From Octopus sinensis (lineage: Eukaryota), in assembly GCF_006345805.1 (NCBI RefSeq), contig NC_043012.1, positions 9,920,001-9,984,000 on the forward strand: 64,000 bases of DNA, in the 5' to 3' direction. Shown here one piece after another: positions 51,687 through 64,000 of this stretch. The translations under genes and the position numbers were made by a program. The first letter of the stretch is position 1, and each line of letters opens with the position of its first letter. The notes under the pieces are model-generated. The model was not told the origin of the DNA, did not search any database, and saw only the letters and a program-made list of their open reading frames with translations.

Positions 51687-53462
51687 TCTAAATATAGGGT
51701 AATTATTAATCATTAATTTTTAACGTGATGGAAAATTACTAATATATATATATATATGTAGATATGTATATATGTATATATGTATATAATATATATATGT
51801 GTGTGTGTGTATGTGTGTACCTATATATAAGTGGTTTTCCAACACGCTAAAAATTCATAATTGCTACCCTATATTTAGTGTTATAAATATATAAATATAT
51901 ATATATATATATAGACGATAGGCTTCCTTCTGTATCGCTCTACCAAATCTTCTCCCGAGGCTTCGGGTCGCTCCAAACTATAGTAGAAGATACTTACTCA
52001 AGGTACCACGTAGTGGACTAAATCTCATACTGTGTATTTGGGAAACAATCGTTTTACAACCCACCCACGCCTGCACAAGAGATATAAAATGGTTAAATGT
52101 TGTAGCAAAATTTAATCAGCTGATCTTTAAATTTTAATAACTTTTCCTAAAATTTTGCCTCATCAATGAAAACGCAAGGTAAAAACAGTTAAGATGAAAA
52201 CAATTCATGTGCGACATTGAGATATAATTAGTTGAAGGTTCGCATGTAGCTCAATAAAGATTTCCTTGTGTTTTTGTACTATATTTGGAATGAAAGTTGT
52301 CCTGCTAGCTTTAATTACGTAATTGAAGCACTTCGCGTCTTGTTTTATATTAACGAATTACTTTAAATGTCTTCAATATTGTTTGCCCCATATCAAATTT
52401 CAGGAAGGATTTATATTTCTTTACAAATAATTAAAATAAGACATATTACGATAAAGTAGGCGAACAGGGATATTAGAACACCAATGAGAACTGTAAGTGA
52501 AAAGCTAACTGAAGTCATATATTTCCTAATGACTCTTTACGTGAACGCATTTTAAGAGCTAAAACCTGAAAGCATAGGCCAAATCCTGGATTCATTATTG
52601 TTATCAAAGTAACGATAAAAATAATAAAAGGAAATAATGAGAATGTGTCGAGGGATGGAGAAAGAAAGCGGGATAGAAAAAATACGAAAGACAGGACTAA
52701 GAGAGGGAAAAAGTGACAGAAATAAGAGACAGAGAGACAGAAACAGGGAGGAAGAATGATGAGAAAGAGTGATATGAGGTGAAATTAAAATGCAGAGACT
52801 CAATGATATAGAGGGGAACGGGTAATAAATTATAATCTGGAATCCATGCCAGAGCAAATAACGTACCAATTTTGCACCGCAGACAACAGTTTAATGCAAG
52901 CTGGATTATTTAAGGAATTAACGAGACAGTTACAGTTTTGGTGTGTTTAACATATTTTTCCCCGTTTGGCTTTGTTTATTGATAGCACCAGATAAAATAA
53001 TAGGACAGATAAAATGATAGGAACTAATGAAAATGCGCACACAATCTGTAACACGTATGTGCGTACATTCATACAGCTATATATACATATGTATTTCTGT
53101 GTGAGTATCTTCGACACGTCTTTATATATATGTATATATGGGGGTGTATATCTATATAGATGTATATACATACAAATACATACATACATATATATACATA
53201 TATTTATATATGCATACACATATTCCACACTCATATATATTATATATATATATATATTATATATATGTGTGTGTGTGTGTATGTATGCGTATGTATTGAT
53301 GTATTGGATGTATCTATATATATGTATATATACATATCTGTATATATCCATGTGTGCGTGTGTGTATGTCAGTATATATATATATAATATATATATATAT
53401 TATATTTATATATATATTATACATATATATATATATATATTATATATATGTATATATATATA

Positions 53463-53509
<47 letters not shown>

Positions 53510-54075
53510 ATATATTATATATATATTTATCTATGTATATGTGGTGCGCGAGTGTGGCTCTATGTGTGTGTGTTGGCCATAGGTAGGTGGAACGAGGCGA
53601 ACGACTTGCTGGCTGGATACAATATCAATGTCAGCTTATTGCAAAGATTAAGTTTTAGACTCTGCTGCTGCAGAATATTACTCTGTTGTTGTTGTTGTTT
53701 CGAAATGCGGTTAATAGAGCGACCGTAATTGCAATGAGAATCGTTGGCAATTGTCTTTTACGCCTTTATATCTTTGCATATATATATATATATGTGTTTG
53801 TGTTTCTATATACACCAATGCAGGTTGTTGAAAGTTTAGATTACTTGATAGCAGTTTTCATTAAATGGAACGTTGGGATATATATATATATTGTTATTAA
53901 GAGTCAATATTACGACTCTGTTTTTTGCTGTTGTTAGTGTAGTTGTTTAATTCATGGCTCGTTCTGTCAGCTGCGGCCATCCAATACTCCTTTCATCTAA
54001 TGTATTTAAAATATTACGGAGATGTATTTGCATAGCAAGTGATTTGATTTGAGATCGTGTGCTGGAACGAAAACA

Positions 54076-54238
54076 ATTGCAGCGTGGAAGGTGTTTCTAA
54101 GCCATTTCAGAAACACAAAAGCCGTTCGATTCACTTCAACATTTAAGTTTAATTTGACAAATTAAACTTAAATGTTGAAGTGAATCGAACGGCTTTTGTG
54201 CGTTTCTTAAATGGCTTACAAATACCTCCCTCTGCAAT
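54076..54238. repeat. Fold-back: 43-bp perfect arms with 1-nt spacer, diverged outer arms
   Basis: 54114-54156 is the reverse complement of 54158-54200. Confidence 0.95.
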
Positions 54239-54270
54239 TATTTAAAATATATTATACGAAATCTTTTATC

Positions 54271-55113
54271 TCTTTTACTCTGTTACTCTTTTACTTGTTT
54301 CAGTCATGTGACTGTGGCCATGCTGGAGCACCGCCTTTAGTCGAGCAAATCAACTCCAGGACTTATTCTTTGGAAGCCTAGTACTTATTCTATCGGTCTT
54401 TTTTACCGAACCGCTAAGTTACGGGGACGTAAACACACCGGCATCAGTTGTCAAGCAATGTTGGGGGGACAAACATAGACACACAAACATTCACACACAC
54501 ACACATACAGACAGACAGACAGACAAGCACACACAGACACAGACACACACACACACACACACATATATATATGTATATATAATATATATATATATATATT
54601 CTTAACACTCCGCCGGTTACGACGACGAGGGTCCCAGCTGATACGATCAACGGAACAGCTTGCTCGTGAAATTAACGTGCAAATGGCTGAGCATTCCACA
54701 GACACGTGTACCCTTAACGTAGTTCTCGGGGAAAATCAGCGTGACACAGAGATTGACAAGGCTGACCCTTTGAAATACAAGTACAACTCATTTTTGCCAG
54801 CTGAGTGGACTGGAGCAACGTGAAATAAAGTGTCTTGCTCAGGGACACAACGCGTCGCCGGGAATCGAACTCACAACCTTACGATCATGAGCCGAATGCC
54901 CTAACCACTAAGCCACGCGCCCTCATATATATATATATATACATATATACGACGGTCTTATTTCAGTTTCCGTCAACCAAATCCACTCACAAGGCTTTGG
55001 TCGGCCCGAGGTTATAATAGAAGAAACTTGCCCAAGTTGTCACGCAGTGGAACTGAACCCGGAACCATGAGGTTTGTAAGCAAGCTACTTACAACTCAAG
55101 CACTCCTGCACCT
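54271..55113 (-). mobile_element. SINE family A split by a nested SINE
   Basis: 3' half 54271-54490, 5' half 54949-55113. Confidence 0.85.
54606..54924 (-). mobile_element. tRNA-derived SINE, head D with tail Y, full length, nested
   Basis: TGGCTTAGTGG / GTTCGATTCCC boxes; tail Y. Confidence 0.9.
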
Positions 55114-55458
55114 ATGTTTTACTTCTCTCAGTCATGCAGGAGCAACGTCTTGAACTGTTTAGTTGAGCAGATCAACCGCACTACGAATATTTACGCTGTG
55201 ATGTTATTCTATCGGTCCCCTCGTAACATTAAGTTACAACGGACATAGACAAAGCAATGCCTATTGTCTAGTGGTTGAGGCTGAAAAGCACATACTCTCC
55301 TACACATGCTTACAAACACATACCCCACCCACACAGAAACACACTCACACAAACGCTGTCACACACATATACTCATGCTTAGATATATAAGTATATACAA
55401 GGTGGCTCAAAAGTAGGTTCAGTTATTCAACTATCTTTTCCACATTCAAATAGTGGAT

Positions 55459-55795
55459 GGAAGCACCCCGTCAGTTACGACGATGAGGGTTCCGAATCAA
55501 CGGAACAGCCTGCTCGTGAAATTAACGTGTAAGTGGCTGAGCACTCCACAGACACGTGCACCCTTAACGTAGTTCTCGGGGATATTCAGCGTGACACAGA
55601 GAGTGACAAGGCCGGCCCCTTGAAATACAGGTACAACAGAAACAGGAACAGGAAGTAAGAGTGAGAGAAAGAGCCTCGTGGAGCTTTTAGGTGTTTTCGC
55701 TCAATAAACACTCACAACGCCCGGTCTGGAAATCGAAACCGCGATCCTATGACTGCGAGTTCGCTGCCCTAACCACTAGGCCATTCCGCCTCCAC
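55459..55795 (-). mobile_element. tRNA-derived SINE, head C with tail Y
   Basis: TGGCCTAGTGG / TTTCGATTTCC boxes. Confidence 0.85.
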
Positions 55796-56683
55796 ATATT
55801 CATATAGTAATAGTTTAGACCCAAATTATAAAAAAGTATGAAACCATTATTTTATGCTAATTTAGTTAATTTGTCAAGCTCCCTCTTCAGTTTGTAAAAT
55901 AAATATTAAAATGTAATAAAATGTTTAAAAGAAATTTGAAGTGCCTACGTGACGTGATAGCTATAAACCTACTTTTGGGACACACTTTATAGAGGGAAAC
56001 AATTATGCGTGTTAATTAGATATGACATGTGTTTGAAATAATAAATATATATGTTTGTGTGTATGCACAATCACACACGCACACACACACAAAGACACAC
56101 TTTGAAACCAAAAGAGTTTTACATTGATGGAATTAAAAGCTTGTAAATAAATGGAAGGAAGTCATAGATAATCAGGGAAAGTACACTGATGATTCAATTT
56201 CAAATAGTTATAACATTTGATTACTTGTTTTCTTTATTCAAACTTCGGACAAAGCTTATGGGATGACCTGATACTATTACACGTTTTTCATATATTAATA
56301 GGAGTTACAAAATTGAAAAGATAGGATAATTTTTTTCAATCACTAGATTATATTCATAAGTGCTCTGCAAAAAATATTTTGCAGTATTTTTCATCTTTTA
56401 TGCATACATATATATCACAAATATAACATCTGCTTACAATTTTGGAGCGGAAAAATAAGCAGCTGTGTCTCATGAAGATGGAGGTTGTATTATAAACTTA
56501 TCTACACACTTAGTTCTGCATCATACGGAGCATTTTCTAAAGCATAACAATGTGTGCTTCTGAGGTACCTATTTGTCTGCTTAGATGTGTTTCGTTCGTC
56601 TTTCATAATTCCTTGTTGTTGCTGTTGTCGTCGTCATTCTTGTGTTGATGTTGTTGTTGTTGTTCTTCTTCTTCTTCTTCTTC

Positions 56684-56715
<32 letters not shown>

Positions 56716-57018
56716 CTTCTTCTTCTTCTAGTATTATGTATGATATATATTGCTGTTATATATAAATATTATATATATATATATATATATAATACATATA
56801 TACTATACACGCATGAATACACACACTTCTATATGCATATGTTTGTGAGTGTGTGTGTGTGTGTGAGTGTGTGTGTGTGTGAGTGTGTGTGTGAGAGAGA
56901 GTGTGTGTGTGTGTGTGTGTGTGTGTATCATAACACTATTCTGCTAGTTTATGCGTTTACTTTCTATTTCGTCCGTGTGTTACTATTACATTATCAAAGG
57001 AGGTAATATCTCTAATGG

Positions 57019-57068
<50 letters not shown>

Positions 57069-57949
57069 TGAAAGAGAGAGAGAGAGAGAGAGAGAGAGTT
57101 AGAGAGTTAGAGACAGAAATGGAAAAAGGAGAGAAATGCTATAGGGAGAGAAATGTCTATATTATTAGAAATTACTAGAGAGAATTCTAGATAGATAAAT
57201 TGATAGATATGTAGGTAGGTCGTGACGTAGGTACATAGATCGATAGATAGATTGAAACATAGATTGATAGATGGTAGATAGATAGATTTGGTACAACAAT
57301 TGTAGTTCAAATGTCTTTTGCTCAACACCATTGTACGTTTTGTGTTAACGAAAATGAGGATGGAATTTAAATAAATGCATGTTTTAAAAACTGTTATTCA
57401 TAGTATATATTTAAAACGGTAACACATATGCGCCGGCCGCATCAATGTTCTTTTTTTAAGCTGCAGTACCACAGAATTTAAACCTTTGTTAAAACGCGAG
57501 CATTATATTTTGTTTGAGAGAAGGGGAATACAACACAGTCACAGTCAAATCATGCTGGTAACCTATATGGAAACAAGTCACTCCAAGCTAAACGTGAAAC
57601 CAGATGGATTTATTCTTTTCTTTTCAGATGTAATTTTTTTTTGTTCGTTTGTTATTACACTTTGTCTTCTTCTCTTCCTGATTCTTGTGTATCGGTTTTT
57701 TTACTTTGTTTGCCTCCGTCATTTGTATGTATGCCGTTATTTCTTTCTCGTGTAATGTCGTCTGCTAACAGAATGTTGAAATATATTTGTGGAGATACAA
57801 TTTTTGTATTTCTAGTGTTATGTTCCGATATTGACATACACATAAAAAACCCCAAGGTATAGTATAAATGCTTCTGTTTCTTTTGTTTCTGTTTCCTTTG
57901 TTTTTGTTTCTTTTTTTTCTTTCAGCAGCTATATATCGGTTTACTCTCT

Positions 57950-58154
57950 CTTTTTTACTCTTTTTTTTTACTTGTTTCGGTCATGTGACAGTGGCCATGC
58001 TGGAGCACCGCTTTTAGTCGAGCAATTCGACCCCAGAACTTATTCTTTGGAAGCCTAGTACTTATTCTATCGGTCTCTTTTGCCGAACCGCTAAGTTACG
58101 GGGACGTAAACACACACAGCATCCGTTGTCAGGCGATGTTGGGGGACAAACACA

Positions 58155-58206
<52 letters not shown>

Positions 58207-58375
58207 ATATATATATATATATACGACAGGCTTCTTTTCAGTTTCCACTTACAAGGCTTTGGTCGGCCCGAGTCTATAGTAGAAAACACTTGCCCAAGGT
58301 GCCACACAGTGGGACTGAACCAGAAACTATGTGGTTCGTAAGCAAGCTACTTACTACACAATCATTCCTACGCCT
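57950..58375 (-). mobile_element. SINE family A, full length
   Basis: Matches 19970-20375. Confidence 0.9.
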
Positions 58376-58404
58376 GTTTACGTTTTGAAAATATTTCCTC
58401 TGCT

Positions 58405-59045
58405 GCATCAGTACGACAATAACGACCGACAGAGGTCGCCTGTTCGAATCCAGTCTTTTCGCCGACCTTTCTAACCTACTAGGAACGTGTGGAATTCATA
58501 CTACGCCTTACTATCCCTTGTCTAACGGAATAATAGAATGGTTTCACCGAAAGCTGAAAGCTGGTTTACGAGCACATTCAGATTCGGATAGATGGTTAGA
58601 AGCCCTGCCAATTGTGTTACTAGGCTTATGTACCGCTATTAAGGAAGACGTTGGTGACTACCCGGCTAAATTACTGTATGGCTCGGCACTTTGCCTGGTG
58701 CAATGATAATTTGTTACACCTATTTGTCAACATGATCACGGCAGCTATACTCATCGGTCGCACAATTGCTCAACTCAATTTAAGCCCCCTTGCAATCGCT
58801 TTATTCATAACCGTACCATGTATTAAAAGCTAAACCAAAATATGTCTTTGACCATTCAAGGAAGACAGGAGATTGCTAGTATTGAGCGTCTTCAGCAGAC
58901 TTTCATCGAATCCATGCACCTACTACAGCACTCCTTTTCCTCTTCGGCTACACTCAAACAATACATACATAAACGTAACGCATTGTACTGACAGAATAAA
59001 CAAAAGTGGAAGACGAGCTCATCGGCCGGCTAGGTACGCCTGCAC
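58405..59045 (+). mobile_element. Ty3/gypsy LTR-retrotransposon integrase fragment
   Basis: STTITTDRGRLFESSLF...HTTPYYPLSNGIIEWFHRKLK...RWLEALPIVLLGL.TAIKED (rve core); downstream KSGRRAHRPARY. Confidence 0.9.
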
Positions 59046-59239
59046 GTACTTTTATTAAAAGACACATACCCACAGGCAAGATGTTTTCATTTTATAGTTC
59101 TCAGAATTGGCTGTGTGGTAGGGAGTGTCTTCTATAGACTCGGGCCGAGCAAAGACTCGTGAATAAATTTGGTTCACGGGAACTGAAAGGAGCTCGTCAA
59201 ATATATATGTATATGTATATGTGTATATATATGTATATG

Positions 59240-59313
<74 letters not shown>

Positions 59314-61141
59314 TGTGGGTGTGGCTGTGTGGATGTGGGTGTGACAAATATCGATGTGATATATATAACACACTGAATTTACATTTAAAAGTCATAATAC
59401 ATTGGTGTATTAAAAAATTGAGATGATAAAACATTAAAAGGACGTACTAAAATACTAGGAAAATAATACAAAATTAAAAAATTCCATCTACGGGCCGTTT
59501 CAGAGACGATCCAAGTAATATGATATATTTCATATTTATGTGTCACATCGATGTTTATAAATATTTTTATATTTATCTATTTGGTTTTCGAGTGTGGTTA
59601 TTAATTTTCTTCCTCTAGTTTCCGCTTGCATTGCCTCCATTTAAATTATTAAGTGGTATATATATATATGTGATACCCAATCTAAAGATTGAATGGCATA
59701 CGTTCATTCTAATAGTGTTTCTCTTGACACCAGCATCAAAATTCTCTGTTATATAGAATTTATCAGGTATCAGTTCTTGGCGAATGGACATTATGCATAT
59801 ACTTACATACACACACACATGCACACACACACTCACACACAAATATATATATGTGTATATGCATACACGTATATATATTTACACATAGAAATAATATAGA
59901 AATAAAAATGCACATACTTAGGTAGGTTGATGTACAATTATACAGATCTTTATTCGTGTTCGTCCACATAGATTATATATTACATTGAAAATATGGAAAG
60001 CATGTGCCGAGAGCAATGACATTTTCCTCGCTGAAAATTTAATTCTCCAAAATCACGTATCTTGCTTATGTGTGTTTGGATGTTATTAAATTATATAATA
60101 TATGCGGTAAAATATCTATAAAATCCAAGTATTTTGAACGCTGTCATTTTGAGCTCCTTGGTTGGCGATATAATCAATATATACTCCGATAGCGTGTTGG
60201 AAAGTCATATTAGACATTGTGACTTGAGACCATAGGGATTTCAATGAACGCGGAAAATAAATGAGAGTGTCTTAATTATCAAAACTCTTAATGTTATAAA
60301 TTAATGAGAAATTTGGATGTGAATTAATCTACATAATAATCGATATAGTATTAAAAACTCAACAGCTTTCTACATTTACATACTTGTCAGCATATTAATC
60401 AGTCGTTTCGACTGCATCATATTACCTTCAGCGATATAGCCGTTACGATATGAATATGAATAATCGAGAAAATTTTCCGACTGTCAGCATCTTTCCAAAG
60501 AGTTTTTTAGCAACAGTAGCTACGGTTTATATCTAATGTTGTTTAATTAAGTAGTATTTTCGAAGATAATGCTAAATGATATGAAATAATATATAGTGTA
60601 AAAGATTGTAAAGCTCACTATAGTTAAAAGTATTCGAACAAATACCTTGTTTTTTCGTTATGATATTTCAAATTGAAAAATATGAATAGAGTAGAAGATG
60701 AACGCCAACTGTTATAGTTCATAGTCTTTATATGCATGTAAATAAAAAAATATGAAAGACCTTTTTTCAAATTCTTAAAAAAAAATCAAAATGAATAAAT
60801 TTATTCAAGATGATATTAAAATTCTTCTCAAAATGATCTATACTACCACAAAAACGAAAGAAAAAGATGTGTTTCTTTTAAACAGAGCTGTAGTATTTTA
60901 TTATTCGTGAATGTTACAGCGATCTTGAGGGATGTTTCAAACTCATTCAAATCTAAATGCTGCAGATTTTCTGAAGAAAAATCAATGCATAATTTCAGTT
61001 ATGTTAAGTAGAAGGAAAAACATTGTGCAAAACAAATACATATCCGGAGAGAACTATCACATGTTATTTACGATTTCTGCATTTCTCTCTACAAGTGGAT
61101 ACTACACCACCACCCGCATCCGTCCACCACACATGCAGATG

Positions 61142-61497
<356 letters not shown>

Positions 61498-62700
61498 TAT
61501 ATATATATATCTTGGTTACTACTTAGTTCTACGGTCCTTTCACGTTTCTTCCGTCTGCAAATGCTAGTATATTACCTCTTCATGTCTCCGACATCAGGTA
61601 TTAGATTTCTGAAAGAGAATGCAATGAGGTATGTGTTCCCTCTGTTTATCCATTGTGCTTGGACCTCCAAATGGAACTGGAACATACAATGCTAAGTTCC
61701 AAATAACTGAAATCTTGAAACGTACGTAGGAACAAAATCTGTGTTGCTCCGTTTATCTTAAAGTTTCCTTATATATATACATATATACATACATTTCGTT
61801 TTTGGATTTGGTTTGAAACATTCTTTATGTGAGTTCGTGTGTTGAAGCATATTCTGTTGTGTCCGGGGAGAGTCATTTTCTTTTTGTGCCTTATAATTTA
61901 ACACTCTCACCGGTAAAATTTCCACTTATTTCTTATTTCAATTTTCCTAAAATTTTCGTTGCGTCTTGCAACCTTTTCAAGAGTCACGACTATTGTGTGC
62001 AGACGTAATCATTTCAAAATGCACAGTAAATTGCAATTTTCGCCTTTCACCTCTGCTTCAAAATTTGCAGCGAGATTGAATAATTATGTCTGACGTCATT
62101 CATGGAAAGTGAGAAACGCTATTGACGACGAGGAATCACATGAAGATGGCAATCATCTGGGAAGATGAAACAATCATCATATATATGTATGCCCTCTCCT
62201 TGAATGCTGTTGTTCGCTATAGTTTCTCGACACGAAATACCTTAGAAAAATTGAAGCATCTTAGAGTTTAATTCCAAAACCAAAACGTCATGATAGGTTT
62301 TATTTATTATCATTGGCTCGAGAAGTTAAAACGTTATTCCGCTCTACGCCGGCACGATCAATATATGATTTGTATGATGTGGAAAATATCCCATCAACAT
62401 TTTCCAAATAATATTGTCATCATCTTTAAAAATTCACTCACGGCTCGGTCCCAATAGCATCTGTCCTCAACAAAAGTCGAGCTCGCGTCACAGTCACAAC
62501 GCTAAGACTATTTCACCTCAACAGTCTCTGCTTTCTTTAACAATAGATCAACATGAAGAAAAGAAAAATCTTCGTAATATACAAACCCCTCCTGAATGAT
62601 TTCTTCCAACAAGTCATCTACACCTGGCTACATCTCAGCAAACAACAATAATTGTTTTATATACTTTTTTACTTTTTTATTTTTTATTTTTTATTTTATC

Positions 62701-62740
62701 TAGTTTCAGCTCACGAGCTGTGGCCATACTGGGGCACCGC
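62701..62740 (-). mobile_element. Isolated 40-bp CR1/L2 LINE 3' tail
   Basis: gcggtgccccagtatggccacagctcgtgagctgaaacta is nearly identical to 38843-38882 and is followed by (taaaaaa)n. Confidence 0.85.
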
Positions 62741-63216
62741 TATATATATATATAAATAAACAACTTATAAGCAAGGGCAAAAAAAATAACGATTTCTATG
62801 CCAATATGCTGATAACAAATTGACGATTTAAAAGTCTGTTATCAGCATAATGCAAGAATGTGGGATCATATCGTAAGCCTTACGATAGTTGACCCATGCC
62901 ATGGCTAAGTTACTTTTCCTCCTCTTGCAGTCTCTGAGTACAGTTTTATCTGTCAGGACTTGATCTTTGTTGCCTCTGCACTAGATATCAAAGCTTTTAA
63001 AAGTGACAATTTGTGTGATCGAAAACTGTAAATATGTAAGTTTCTTAATTTATTTTTAAGGAAATTTAAAATAATCATAGGAAATTGTAGATATTCCAGA
63101 CTTTGAGAGTTTTTTAAAGTTATCTTGCTGGGTTGTATTAGGGTGTCTGTGTCTTCGGTTGCTTAGCAGTCAGAGCAATAAAGAACACGTCCATCCGCTG
63201 TAAATGCTGACGTTAT

Positions 63217-63224
<8 letters not shown>

Positions 63225-63255
<31 letters not shown>

Positions 63256-63314
63256 TTCTTCTTCTTCTTCTTCTTCCTCCTCTTCTTCTTCTTCTTCTTC
63301 TTCTTCTTCTTCTT

Positions 63315-63372
<58 letters not shown>
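63225..63372. repeat. (CAT)n-(CTT)n-(TAT)n compound microsatellite
   Basis: Direct reading. Confidence 0.95.
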
Positions 63373-63373
<1 letters not shown>

Positions 63374-63384
63374 ATATTTTTAAG

Positions 63385-63590
63385 GCGGCAAACTGGCTGA
63401 TTCGTTAGTACACCGGGTAAACTGTTTAGCGGCATTTTATCTGTCCTCATGTTCTGAGTTCAAACCCTGCCGAGGTCGATTTTGCCTTTGATATTTTCAA
63501 GATTGATGAAATAATTAGCAGTTATATACTGGGGTCGATGTAATCGACTAGTCACCCCCACAAAATTTCAGGCCTCATGCTTTTAGTAGA
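63385..63590 (+). mobile_element. SINE family B monomer
   Basis: aaggcggcaaactggctg...gagttcaaaccctgccgaggtcg...ggggtcgatgtaatcgac. Confidence 0.8.
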
Positions 63591-64000
63591 AAGGATAACT
63601 ACTACTACTATGGAACACCTGCATGTTTTTAAAATACACTGAATAAGATGTAAACCAAAATAAAAATGGAATACGTGATTAAATTGCCACAAACTCGAAT
63701 AAACTTCATTTTCACTTCAGCTACTAATTTTTCAAGATTAAACTATATCTGTAGAATTTCCCCTTCCGTATTAGGAGTCAAACAAACTAGGATTACTTGA
63801 GTCCGGTCATATCTAAATTCTCGTAACTTCGGTGCATTTTCAAGTTGTATCTTGAACCGATCTACTTTCTCACTAAATACATGTTTTAATATCTTTAATC
63901 TCCTAAATATTGATGCGTTAAAATATATTTCAAAGTACGTTGCTATATATGAAAGTAATTCAAAGCACTTAAATACATAAAAATCTTCATATTTTAATAC

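Noticed and set aside
61945-61985. GTTGC-aagac-GCAAC-GAAA hairpin (minus) resembling hammerhead stem II
   Set aside because: Upstream is TTGAAAAG rather than CUGANGA, and there is no convincing stem I.
62069-62107. Possible start exon (ttgcag|...ATGTCTGACGTCATTCATGGAAA|gtgaga, MSDVIHGK)
   Set aside because: Eight codons; such splice-site pairs arise by chance in 64 kb and there is no supporting evidence.

Overview
AT-rich, microsatellite-saturated eukaryotic DNA that is almost entirely repeat-derived, with one 100-N scaffold gap (49543-49642). The repeat families and (TA)n/(AAT)n/(TCTA)n density suggest a cephalopod, probably Octopus (inference). No intact host gene, rRNA, true tRNA or CRISPR array is supported, and nearly all ORFs in the supplied track are microsatellite or SINE artefacts. 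Supported content: four SINE-like families (informally A-D), fragments of R4/Dong-type, CR1/L2-type and RTE LINEs, a gypsy integrase fragment, Helitron-like elements and Penelope-like elements (PLEs). The most interesting signal is a set of hammerhead-ribozyme (HHR) motifs. A minimal type-I HHR with a family-wide CCGANGA core lies in the terminal repeat of a Neptune-type PLE (three copies, one linked to an endonuclease C-terminus). Two further minimal HHR-like motifs occur, plus a ~1 kb direct-repeat element whose repeats hold all HHR parts in a non-canonical order. Several long fold-back palindromes, a shared SINE/LINE 3' stem-loop, a CpG-rich island and two weak exon candidates are also noted. 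All structure and homology calls were made by eye; no searches or folding programs were run.
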